64,000 bases of DNA from the human T2T-CHM13v2.0 reference genome, Homo sapiens. A model generated the notes under the pieces. It did no database searches, was not told where the DNA came from, and saw only the letters and a list, made by a program, of their open reading frames with translations. This document shows, one piece after another, positions 13,232 through 24,764 of the stretch. Position 1 is the first letter of the stretch, and every line of letters starts with the position of its first letter. The translations under genes were made by a program, and so were the position numbers. The stretch lies in the NCBI RefSeq assembly GCF_009914755.1, contig NC_060938.1. One strand, 5' to 3'.

Positions 13232-15486
13232 TGTATTAGTTCATTTTTACACTGCTGATAAAGACATACCTGAGACTGGGTAATTTTTAAAGAAAAGAAG
13301 TTTAGTGGACTCACGGTTCCATGTGGCTGGGAAGGCCTCGTAATCATGGCAGAAGGCGAAAGTCACATCTTACATGGTGGCAAACAAAAAAGAATGAGAC
13401 CCAGATGAAAGGGGAAACTGCTTATCAAACCTTCAGACCTCATGAGACTTATTCACTACCACGAGAACAGTATGGGGGAAACTGCCCCCCATGGTTCAAT
13501 TAACTCCTACTGGGTCCCTCCCACAACACATGGGAATTATGGGAGCTACAATTCAAGATGAGATTTGGGTAGGGACGAACCCAAACCATATCATTCCACC
13601 TGTGGCCCCTCCCAAATCTCATGTCCTCACATTTTAAAACCAATCATGCCTTCCCAATAGTTCCCCAAAGTCTTAACTCATTTCAGCATTAACTCAAAAG
13701 TCCACAGTCCAAAGTCTCATCTGAGACAAGGCAAGTCCCTTCTGCCTATGAGCCTGTAAAAACAAAAGCAAGTTAGTTACTTTCTAGACACAATGCGGAT
13801 ACAGGCATTGAGTAAACAACAGCCATTCCAAACGGGAGAAATTGGCCAAAATGAAGGGGCTACAGGCCCCATGCGAGTCTGAAATCCAGTGGGGCAGTCA
13901 AATCTTAAAGCTCCCAAATTATCTCTGTTGACTCCATGTCTCACATCCAGGTCATGCTGATGCAAGAGGTGGGTTCCCATGGTCTTGGGCAGCTCCACCT
14001 CTGTGGTTTTGCGGGGTACAGCCTCCCTCCTGGCTGCTTTCATGGGCTGGCGGTGAATGTCGGCAGCTTTTTTAGGTGCACAGTGCAAGCTGTTGGTGGA
14101 TTTACCATTCTGAGGTGTGGAGGATTGTGGCCCTCTCCTCACAGCTTCACTAGGCAGTGCCCCAGTAGGGAGTCTGTGTGGGGGCTCCCACCCCACATTT
14201 CCCTTCCACACTGCCTTAGCAGAGGTTCTTCATGAGGGCTCCATCCCTGAAGCACACCTCTGCATTTCCATACATCCTCTGAAATCTAGGTGGAAGTTCC
14301 CAAACCTCAATTCTTGACTTTTGTACCCAGAGGCTCAACACCAAGTGGAAACTGCCAAAATTTGGGGCTTGCACCCTCTGAAGCCACAGCCTGAGCTATA
14401 CCTTGGCCCCTTGTAGCCATGGCTGGAGCGGCTGGGATGAAGGACACCAGCTCCCTAGGCTACACAGCAGGAGGGCTCTGGACCCATTTTTTCCTACTAA
14501 GCCTCTGGGCTTTTGATGGGAGGGGCTTCTGTGAAGGTCTCTGACATGCCCTGGAGACATTTTCCCCATTGTCTTGGTGATTAACATTGGGCTCCTTGTT
14601 AGTTATGCAAATTTCTGCAGCTGGCTTAAATTTCTCCCCAGAAAATGGGTTTTTAGTTTTTATTGCATCATCAGGCTTCTAATTTTCCAAACTTTAATGC
14701 TCTGGTTCCTCTTGAATGCTTTGCTGCTTAGAAATTTCTTCTGTCAGATCCCCCAAATCATCTCTCTCAAGTTCAAAGTTCCACAGATCTGTAGGGCAGG
14801 GGCAAAATGCCACCAGTCTCTTTACTAAAACACAGCAAGAGTCACCTTTGCTCCAGTTCCCAAAAGTTCCTCATCTCCATCTGAGGCCACCTCAGCCTGG
14901 ACTTCTTTGTCCATATCACTATCAGCATTTTGGTCAAAGCCATTCAACAAGTCTCTAGGGAGTTCCAAACTTTCCCACGTCTTCATGTCTTTTTCTGAGC
15001 CCTCCAAACTGTTCCAACCTCTGCCTGTTACCCAGTTCCAAAGTCGCTTCCACATTTTTGGGTACTTTACAGCAGCACCCCAGCCTACTGGTACCGTAGA
15101 CTGTAATTTACTGTAACAGCCCATTTTCATGATGCTGATAAAGACATATCCAATACCGGGTTATTTATTAAAAAAAAAAAAAAGAGATTTAATGGACTCA
15201 CAGTTCCATGTGGCTGGGAAGGCCTCACAATTATGGCAGATGGTGAAAGGCAAATATTACATGGTGGCAGACAAAAGAGAAGGAGAGCCAAGTGAAAGGG
15301 GAAACCCCTTATCAAACCGTTAGATCTCATGAGACTTATTCACTACCACACTACCATGAGAACAGTATGGAGGAACCGCCCCCATGATTCAATTATCTCC
15401 TACCAGGTCTCTGCCACAACACATGGGAATTATGGGAGCTACAGTTCAAGATGAGATTTGGGTGGGGACACAGCCAAACCATATTG
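13232..15486 (-). mobile_element. Full-length THE1 (THE1B-like) MaLR provirus: 3' LTR 13232-13593, internal 13594-15111, 5' LTR 15112-15486
   Basis: Two direct LTRs of 362 and 375 bp; perfect 5-bp TSD GACAC (13227-13231 / 15487-15491); internal ORF remnants (TGRGWNSLEGSE..., KGNVGWEPPHR...) typical of MaLR-int. Confidence 0.95.
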
Positions 15487-15719
15487 GACACTGACATCAA
15501 GACCAGAGGCTTCCTGCTTGGCATGAACACACAAGCGTTGTGGTGGGAGGTGAGAAGTCCTAGACGTGAACCTAAGGTGGCCAGGCTGTCAGTTGCACCT
15601 GCGTGAACCTGTCAGCAGGCACACTGAATTGCTTGCTGCAGCAGTGGCTGGAATGAGGTGAGGCCAGAAGGATCTGAAGTGGTGCATAGGAGGTGTCCAA
15701 TAGGAAAACTGGCAATGAT

Positions 15720-16050
15720 CATGATAGCAGCTGACAATGAGTCCTTCCTGTGTGCCAGGCCCTGTGCATTAGAGGAATTTTCTTATTTAATTTTCACAAC
15801 AACCCCATGAAGCAGGTCCTATTATCTCCATCATACTGATGAATAATCTGCCATTCAAGAGATACAGCTTGCTTGGGATCAACCCCTCTTACCCTAGAAT
15901 GTAAGCTCCAGAAGGCCAGAGACTTTGCTCCCTGCCTCAGCACCAAGAACAGTTCTGGTATACAGTCAGTACTCCATAAATGTGTGCTTACTGTTTAAAT
16001 GCTGGATCTGGGATTTGAATCCAGATTATCCAATGCCAAAGCCTATGCAT
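15720..16050 (-). mobile_element. MIR interrupted by an L2 3' fragment (~15883-15990, plus strand)
   Basis: tgtgtgccaggccctgtgc...tttcacaacaaccccatga on the left; ctagaatgtaagctcc...cataaatgtgtg in the middle; ctgggatttgaatccag resumes MIR. Confidence 0.7.
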
Positions 16051-17103
16051 TTAGCCTAACTAAGGAACTGGTGATGATAAGAACACAGAGAGATGCTCTC
16101 CCTTTCATGAGCCATAATCCCATTTGGAAGACAGACCTAAATAGGTAATTATAAGTATTCAGTCCTGTGTCCATCCTAGCCTGGTGGCAAGCATGCAGTA
16201 AGTGCTGCATATACATTTGGTGGGCTGGTGCTGGGCTTGCACACCACAGAATTTGTACTTTCTGCCCAGTATAGCCCATCCTCAGCAATTACACTTTGGT
16301 CTCTTCTGTGAAGTCCAGATTTTGCCTGCCAGATGCATTTCATGACTCTAATAAACATTCACACCTACTCGGAGCGTTTAGTCAGAAAAAATGGAGCCTA
16401 AGAGCTCCATGAAGCAATGTGCTTCCCCTTCTGCAAGCTGAGGGAGCATTAACCGAAACACATGCTCTATGGAAACTGGCTGCATCATTATTGGAACTGC
16501 TGCACCCTCACTCTAACCAATCTATTTTTATTTGAAGCGCTTACATTGTATGAAACTGAGCATAGTAACTACAGTCAGTGGAGATGTATTTGTTTTTATT
16601 TAAACTCATATAAATGTGGTAATGCCAATAAAGGTTTTTTTCTCCTCTGGAAAGTAAGACATATATGGAGGAGATGGAAATTTACACATCCATCAAACCA
16701 AGAGGGCCCATTTTCTCTGAAACAATTTTTTGGGTTGCCAGTGATTTATGGTGGCAAACCGAAGACTGAGTTGGGGAAGTAGGGAGGAGGAGAGAAAGAA
16801 AATGCATCCATGTGGTTCATTTATCTCACTTCCTTTAAAGAACAGAGGAGTTAAGAGTAGAGAGAGGGGACAGAACTGGGGAGTCTAAGCAAGAGTTGGA
16901 TTTGAAGACTAAGAGGGCAGCTGGATCCTTATGATTCTCATTTGCTGTCCAAATGTGCTTTGGAAGCTAGGCAATCGGGTGCAGTGTTGGGGAAATCCCT
17001 GGCATCATGAGATCTGGATTTGCTTCTATCTAGCCATGTCACCGTGACCAGGTCTTGGGCTTCCTCATCCCTAACCAGAACACCAGTATTGGCTTTGCTT
17101 GCT

Positions 17104-17335
17104 GGTTAAGATCATGGCTTCTCTAGGGCCAGACTGTGGATTGAAATCCTCACTCTGCCATTTACAACTGTGTGACTTTGGGCAAGTGACTTTACCTTCC
17201 TTGGCTTTGATTTTCTTGATCTGGGAGGAGATGCTAATGGTGCCTCAATTACAGCCTTGTTTTGAGGTTTAAAGAAGTAATGCATATTAAGGACTTAGAA
17301 CAGGACCTGGCATGTCTTAAGTACTCAATTAATTT
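17104..17335 (+). mobile_element. MIR SINE
   Basis: ggttaagatcatggct...ctgtgtgactttgggcaagtgac...cttagaacaggacctggca. Confidence 0.8.
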
Positions 17336-17472
17336 TTCTCGTCAGGAGAGCTAGAAAGGAAGTAAAAAAATTAATTGTGAAAATTGTATCCTGACAACAG
17401 TAACAAAAAGAAGTATTTAGTCCAGGGCCTTTCATCTTGCAGAGGAGGAAACAGACCCAGAGAGGTCTTGAA

Positions 17473-18330
17473 TGTGTTTTCTATTTCTTCTGTAACAAGT
17501 CACTGCAACACACATGGCTTTAAACAACACACATTTATTATTTTACAGGTCTGGGAGTCAGAGGTCTGAAATGATTCTTTTTTTAAATTTTAATTTTTAA
17601 AAAAACACTTTACTTACTATTACCAGTTTATCATAAAGGATACAAGTCAGGAACAGCCAAATGGAAGAGATGCAGAGGACAAAGCATGAGGGAAGGGGCA
17701 CAGCACTTCCACGCCCTCTCCAGGAGTGCCACCCTCCCAGCACCTCCCTGTGTTCACCACTTGGTAAGCGCTTGGAACTGTGTTCTATGGGGTTTTGATG
17801 GAGGTTCTATTATGTTCATAATTGATTAAGTCAGTGGTCATTGGTGATTAGCTCTATCCCCAGCCTCTCTCTCCTTTCCAGTGATCTAGGGGAGGGGCTG
17901 AAGGTCTTAACCCTCCAATCACATTGTTAGTTCCTCTGGCAACGGCCCCCATCCTCCGAGTCACCTTGAAATGAGTCTTAATGGAGCCAAAGTCAAGGTG
18001 CTGGTAGGGTTGGTTCCTTCTGGGGGTTCCTAGGGAGTCTTGGTTCCTTGGCCTGTCCAGCTTCTAGAGGTTGTTCATATTCCGTGGCTTGTGGCTGTAC
18101 CACTCCCCTGTCTGCTGCTGTTGTCGAACTGCCTTCTTCTCTCTCTGATTTCTGCTTCCCACTTATAAGGACTCTTGTGATTATATCAGGCCCACCTAGA
18201 TAATCCAGGAAAATCTTCCCTCTCAGGATCCTTAGCTTCTTCACATCTGCATATAAGGTACATAGTCATAGGTTCTTGGGATTAGGCTATGAACTTGTTT
18301 GGGGGTGGGTCAGTGTTTTAATCTTCTGCA
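17473..18330 (-). mobile_element. MLT1D-like MaLR LTR, interrupted at 17580-17966
   Basis: tgtaacaagtcactgcaac...ggctttaaacaacacacatttatta...tataaggactcttgtgattatatcaggcccacctagataatccagga. Confidence 0.8.
17580..17966 (-). mobile_element. MER21-like LTR fragment with poly(A) remnant and 13-bp TSD (retrocopy)
   Basis: aaaggatacaagtcaggaacagccaaatggaagagatgca is MER21-like; T-rich left end; flanks tgaaatga(t/g)tctt. Confidence 0.75.
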
Positions 18331-18907
18331 AGTCCTAAGGTCAATGGCTGGTTAGTAGCATGGAATGACTTTCAGCAGGAGATTACTGGACTTAAATGCT
18401 CTTTTCATGTCCTGGTGCTGCCTTGGCTCTTGAGATGACCAGGTGTCCGGCCTGGAAGCATCTGGCCAGGACGAGGAGGTATCCTGGAATGTCTGAGGCC
18501 TCTTATCTCAGAGCAGTGGCTCCTACATCAGGTTACCACCCTCCCAGTCAGGAATTCCTAGCTGCCAATGCCTCTCCACTTACTGAAGCTGCAGTTTGCA
18601 GCTTCTTGAGGGTATGCAGTCTAAGTGGCCTGCTAGCTAGGGCCTCAGTGGCATGGGGTGGGCAGGCTGGATCCAAAGCCTGGCTGGTGTGGAGCTGGGA
18701 ATCTGCTATGATACACTGATGGCGTGGAGGGTGAGTGGTAGGAAGGAAGAGCTCACTCAGCCTGGGTCTGCTGGGTCAAATGGTGTGGATGGATGGAGGG
18801 TGAACGGGGACACAGGGGGGGCTTGGGAGGGTAATAGAGATGAGTGCTTTAGAGCAGTGTTTTCCAAACCTTAGCAGTGGAGGCTTTTTTATTTTTAATT
18901 TTTTAAA

Positions 18908-19897
18908 AGCATACCCATTAGGATGGCCATTATAAAAAAATCTTAGAAAATAACAAGTGCTGGGGAGGATGTGGAGAAATTGAACCCTGTGCATGGTTGG
19001 TGGGAGTGTAAAATGGTGCAGCTGCTATAGAAAGTATGGAGGTTCCTCAAAAAAATTAAAAATAGTATTACCATATGATCCAGCAGTCCCATTTCTGGAT
19101 ATATACCCAAAGGAATTGAAAGCGGTGACATGAACAGATATTTGTACACCCATGTCCATCACAGCATTTTTTTTTTAAGACAGAGTCTCACTCTGGCACC
19201 CACGCTAAAGTAAAGTGGCATGATCATAGCTCACTATAACCTTGAACTCCTGGGCTCAAGCGATTATCTCATCTCAGGACCCCCCTCCAAATAGCTGGGA
19301 CTATATAGGCACATGGCTACCATACCTGGCTACTTTTTTTGTATTTTTTGTAGAGATGGGGTTTCACCATGTTGTCTGGGCTGGTTTGAACTCCTAAACT
19401 CAAGTGATCTGCCTGCCTCAGCCTCCCAAAGTGCTATGATTACAGGCATGAGCCACCCTGCTTGGCCAGCACTTTTTACAATAGCCAAAATGTGGAAGCA
19501 ACCCAACGAAGCATCGACTGGTGAATGGATAAGCAAAATGGATAAACAAAACACACACACACATACACACACACACAAAATCACACAATGGAATATGATT
19601 TAGCCTTAAAAAGGAAGGAAATTCTGACACATGCTACAATATGAATGAACCATGATGACATTATGCTAAGTGAAATAAGCCAGTCACAAAAAGACATACT
19701 GTACAATTCTGCTTAGAGTAGTCAAATTCCTAGAGACAGAAAGAATGGTGATTTCCAGGAGCTAGGGGGAACAGGGAATGGGGAGTTATTGTTTAATGGG
19801 TACAGAGTTTCAGTTTTGCAAGATGGAAAAAGTGCTGTGGATGGATGGTGACAATGGTAGCAAAACGATATGAATGTACTAAAAAATAGTTAAAATG
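18908..19897 (+). mobile_element. L1MB-type 3' end (ORF2 C-terminal region and 3' UTR), split by AluJ
   Basis: aataacaagtgctggggaggatgtggagaaattg...taccatatgatccagca...atgctaagtgaaataagccagtcacaaaa. Confidence 0.9.
19167..19467 (-). mobile_element. AluJ
   Basis: gatcatagctcactataaccttgaactcctgggctcaag; degraded TSD cagca(c)tttt. Confidence 0.92.
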
Positions 19898-20847
19898 CTT
19901 AACACAAAACAACTCCCCACCCTGCCTCTGCCCAAAATCAGGAAGCTAAGATAGCCATAAGTGGAGCTGCTGAGGCTGAAGTGGGATGTGGATGCACACA
20001 GCTCTGACTTTTCATCTCCTTTCCACCCTCTGCAGAGACACCAAGATATCTACTTGCAACCCTAGAGCTCTTCGGACAGCCCTCGGGAAACCCTGTTTTA
20101 AACCCTTGCCAAACTAATAGAGTAATGGACCTGGGCTACCTGTAACTTACATCCATTGCACCTCATTGGCCTCACAAATTCTCTTGCTTTTTTGTTCTCA
20201 GATGGTCTCTGAGTTGCAATGATGGTGGGGAAACACTGTCCCGGGAGACAAATGCAAGCCGTGGTGTGACTCCCAGGCATCCACCTTTGGGCTCCTGAAG
20301 TGCTGTGTGGTGGCTGCATCAGGTCACCTGAGCCTCTAAAGGCAGTGAGACTCCAGGCCTTTGCTAGGGGAGGACAAAATGAGGACATGCCCAGCAGACT
20401 TTTGCTGACAGCTGGACCTTCCCCTATTGCACCTGCCCTCTACGGGAGGTCTGCCCTCTGAGGGCTCCCTTGCAGGGTTGTCTGAGGAGCAGCTGGGGAT
20501 TAAGTGGAGGGATGGGCACTGTAAGCAGAAGGAGCAAGTCTTGCTCCAGTAGCCTGGCTTGTGGCTTCACTCTTGGTCCGTGTGTTCCTTGGCCTCATCT
20601 CACAGGCTGTGCCCATCAGTAGTTGTGGCCTTTGTGAGTCTGTGGCTTTCTCTTCCTCTGATTTTCATCTCTCTTTTCTTCCTCCTCCTACCCTGACATC
20701 TTTCACCTTCTTCCCCCAGCTGGTCCCTGTGGGCAGATAACTTGACCAGACTGGCTGCTGGAAGCTGTCCAAGGCTTAGCTGGAGTGGGCTCTGAAAGGA
20801 AAATGTGGGTCATTAGCTCAGGACGATTGAACAGTCTCTGCTCCCCC

Positions 20848-20974
20848 TGGTTGCACCTTTTGGCTGTTGTGGAAAATGCTGCTGTGAACATGGGTGTACA
20901 AATTGCCTGTCCATGTTCCTGCTTTCCATTCTTTTTGGGATATGCCCAGAAATGGAACTGCTGGGTCATATGGT
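20848..20974 (-). mobile_element. L1M fragment
   Basis: aatgctgctgtgaacatgggtgtacaa...gaaatggaactgctgggtcatatggt. Confidence 0.8.
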
Positions 20975-21214
20975 CCAGCCTGCCCCTCTGACCACTGAAC
21001 CAGGCATTGGCTTTAGCAAGTTGAGATGCATGGGGGTTGGTGAGAAGGGATTGGTAATAATAAGAGGCTTTTACCTGTGTAAAAGGGTCAATAAATAGCT
21101 GTCACTATGCAGTGTGTGGCAAGGCTCATGTGAGTGACACAGACCATAATATTATAGGAAATTGGAGACAAGAGCCATTGCCCAAAATAGGGCATATGGG
21201 GTAAATGGATGTAC

Positions 21215-21520
21215 TAGTAATCTTTCCATTGTGAGGACAAAAAGGCTCAAGTAAAAAACAAACGTGGGAGGGACGTTATAGCCAGGAAATCCATATGTAG
21301 ACTTAACTTGAGACCTGATCTCTGTTCTCAAGTGACGTCACTGGGGATCTCTGTCTCTCCATCTCTCAGTACCGCTTTCTCTACATTGGCTTCTTTTTCT
21401 CCGTGTGTTGGCAATGTGGCTTTTGGAAGCTCCAGGCTTGCACCCATCTGCTCAGCAGTGAGGTGGCCAGCAGGCTGTTTTTGCGAGACTAGAAGTTTCC
21501 TGCTGGACATACATTTGGAA
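21215..21520 (-). mobile_element. Old MLT1 (J/K/L-like) LTR fragment
   Basis: Degenerate MLT1 pattern including caatgtggcttttggaagctccaggctt. Confidence 0.4.
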
Positions 21521-22449
21521 GAATAAAGATAAAAGTTTAAAAAATAGATTGGGTTCCGGTTTGGGTGTCCTTGAATGTCAAGGTAAGCATTTGGGCTTTG
21601 GTGAGGGTTTTTGAGTAGGAAACTGATGCGGTTAAATTGGCATCTGGGGAAACTAATATTGGTACAGTGAAATTTGGACTACAGAAGGGAGGGGTGGGGA
21701 TTAAGTGACCATTGAGAAGGAAGCTATAGATCTCTAGGGGTGAATGGAGGGCTTGGAGTGACCCTAGAGCATTGTCCATCCACTGTACTTCTGGGACTGG
21801 CATGGTTACTGAGAGGCATGGCCAGGGACTAAGTGAATATGAAAGCTGGAGTGGGTGGCGGGTGGGTGGATGATGGATGAAGACATGGGTGGAGGGATGG
21901 CTGGCTAGGTGGGTGGATAAGAGATGGAAGTTGTGTAGAGAGAATATACACACATGAGGAGCCCCAGTGAGGATATAATGAGTGAAGTTCCACCTTCACT
22001 CAAGTAGGCATATCAGAAAGGGAGGAGACTTTTTTTTTTTACAGTTGCTGATCCCAGCCAGTCAGTGAAGTGTCCATCACCTCCAAGAAGTTCCCCTTTT
22101 TCTCACTGCAGATGTAACCTACAAGTCAGCAAAGATTAGGGCCCAATATTCTCCACGTCTGACCTGCTTTGCATCTCGCATATCAGGTTATTGTTTCTGC
22201 TAGAAAATTTTAGAGTGTCTTGCCTTATCAGGGAAATCCTGAGTCTTCATATAACTTCTGTTAGGAGAGGTTGGCACCAACCAATATTTTCCTGTCCGCC
22301 ACAGGAGGTTCTATTGTATCTCATGTGAGGTTGATTGGTGGGGAGGGATATTGGGCATTCATAAATCTAAAACAAAGTAATTGAATGTTTACCGCATATT
22401 AAATCTTGTGGTAGGTACTGGGACCAAAAGATGAAAAAAGCGAAATAAC

Positions 22450-22873
22450 ATTTGTGATTCCTTTGATGGTAATGAACAGAAAGCAACCCTGGCAAATATA
22501 AGCCAAATGGGCAATTAATAGGAAGGATCTTGGGGTGGTTTCCAGGATCAACAGAAAGGGAGACTAGCCAGGTGTCTGGAAGAGCAGGAGCCAGGCCTGC
22601 CAGGGTGCCCTGGTGCCCTCTTATCAGGAATCTTTAAGAGACTCCAAAGATCTCTAGCCTTTTATAGCTCCTTAAGACTTACATACCCCAGACAGAATCT
22701 AATTGGCTCAGGCTTGAATCAGGTGTCCCTCTTGGGAATGATATGCCATGCCCAGGAGGTTAAGGGTCATGAAGCAAAGACACAACTGCCCTTAGGAAAT
22801 GGACCATTCCCAGAGAAAAGAAAAATAGACTGCTGTTGTGAGCCAGGCAGCCACACAAATTGATATTTACTAT
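22450..22873 (-). mobile_element. Old MLT1 (K/L-like) LTR
   Basis: aatgaacagaaagcaaccctggcaaatataagc...agaatctaattggctcaggcttgaatcaggtgtcc. Confidence 0.55.
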
Positions 22874-23701
22874 AAAAGGCTTTATTCCAGAAGCTTCCAA
22901 AGTAATTGCATCCATTCTTGGTCTGGGGAAATAGAGAAGGCTGACCCGATATTCCTCTTGATACCTCGGTGTTCACACCTGTGCATTGGGTTGTCCCCTG
23001 TCTTGGCAGGAAATCATCTGCTCTAGGCATCTGGAGATGCTCATCCCATCTCTGAGCAAAACAAGGCACAAGGACCTATTTCATTGCTTTCTAGGCTGCT
23101 CACAAGGCTGGCAAACCCCACACAGTGCATGGATACCAAAGAGGGCTACCTGGGTATTGTCCAAATTTCCTTGGCAGCTCCCCTTTCAGGATATTTTGCA
23201 ATGGCATCAACAGCAGGTGTACCTGCGAAGGCTTGTTCTCCACCATTCCTTTTTACTTACAATCAGTTACATTTGTGGTCATCTGTTTTTTTTTCTTTTC
23301 TGGACAGAGTTGGTTATTGGTGTTTCTGTTGTAAGTGGGTCAGAACCTAAATAGGTCATCTTGGTTTCCTAGATGTTGTAATCGTGAAATGAACTGAGCA
23401 AGGGAGGGTGAGGGAGAAAAGCCTAACTGGCATCAGGAGGGAGAGGGAAGATGTGGTTGGAGCTCAGGGTCCCGCTTTTAGGGGTGTGAAACCTTGGTGA
23501 TAGGCGTTAAGGATCCCTAAGTGAATTGATGGAGAAGTGGCTGTGGGCTTTGAACCAAGTGGAAGATGGTGTGTGTGAGAACAACCCTGCATCTGTCTGA
23601 CCTCATTTGTGAAATGTAATAAGAACTGACAGGGATCCTGTGTCTTTCAGAGGCTGGAAATATATGGGAGAGGGTAGAGGCAAGAGGAGGGATATGAGGG
23701 G

Positions 23702-24108
23702 TGGTTATGGGCCAAATTATGTCCCCTCCAAATTTATATGTTGAAATTCTATTCCCCAATACCTCAGAATGTGACTGTATTTGGGCATAGGCTCTTTAAA
23801 GGGGTAGTTAAGTTAAAACGAGGTCATTAGAGTGTGCCTAATCCATCATGACTGTTGTCCTTATAAGAAGAAGAGATTTGGACACAGACACATTTGGAGG
23901 CAAGACCATGTGAGGACACAGGGAGAAGACAGCCATCCACAAGCCAAGAGAGAGAGACCTGGAAGAACAAGCCCTGCCCACCCCTTGATCTTGGATGTCT
24001 AGCCTCCAGAATTAGGAGAAAACAAATTTCTATTTTTTAAGCCAAAACCCTTGCCAAACGAATTGAGTTTGTGGCATTTTGTGATGGCAGCCCCAACAAA
24101 TTAATACA
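23702..24108 (+). mobile_element. MLT1B-like MaLR solo LTR
   Basis: tatgggccaaattatgtccc...acctcagaatgtgactgtatttgg...gcagccccaacaaattaataca. Confidence 0.88.
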
Positions 24109-24764
24109 GGGGCCCTCTGTGAGGTGATAGGGTTGCATTCCCCTGTGCTTCCTTACCCATGGAGCTGGTTTTTTGAATCCTCTAAGTTTTTTGCATTGGC
24201 CTCTGTTCTGGGAACTCATTGGCTCAGAACTTCTGGAGGCAGCTTCTGCCTTGATCCTCAGTCTCCTTTCTCCTTGGCTTAAGGAACTTTCCTATTTGAC
24301 AACTGAGGCAACTGAGAGAGATTGTTCAGGGCCAACCTCAAGTTCAACCATGGGGCACTTCCTCATCTTCCTTCTCTGCATTCTTGGCATTCTTTCACAC
24401 TGAACAGCCACTTCAGAACAACTGTACTCTTATGTAGGGATGGCCAGGTCACCTCATTTTTGTAGGTAGAGAGACTAGAACCATGAAGGTATCTCACCTG
24501 TCAGTGAGGTGGAGACTTCTTTGAGCCCCTGGACTCAGTGTGGTGAGCTTAGAAGATTACTCTGAGATCAGAACTCGCCTCACTGACAATCTGTCTGGCA
24601 GGGCAGGATAATCTGAGGACAGTGGGAAATGTGCCCTAGAATGTGACCCCTGTGAAGTCTGTATGAAATGCCACATTTATTCAGTTCTTGGGATAAGAGG
24701 CTTTTGAAAACCCTGTGAATTATCTGGGAGGGGTGTGAAGTGTTTTTCCCCTACCTGGAACATT

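Larger units (their letters stand above)
12445..15701 (-). mobile_element. LTR16-family LTR in three pieces (~12445-12708, 13169-13231, 15487-15701)
   Basis: aagcagaacctgagacaa at the left end and ggatctgaagtggtgcataggaggtgtccaata at the right end; collinear once MLT1C and THE1 are removed. Confidence 0.65.
18855..20095. mobile_element. hAT-Charlie MITE split by L1MB
   Basis: cagtgttttccaaacc at the left; ggagctgctgaggctgaag...aaccctagagctc...ggaaaccctg at the right. Confidence 0.5.

Noticed and set aside
13777-15130. ORFs of 100-144 aa inside THE1
   Set aside because: Broken pieces of the MaLR internal ORF with frameshifts and deletions; no intact protein
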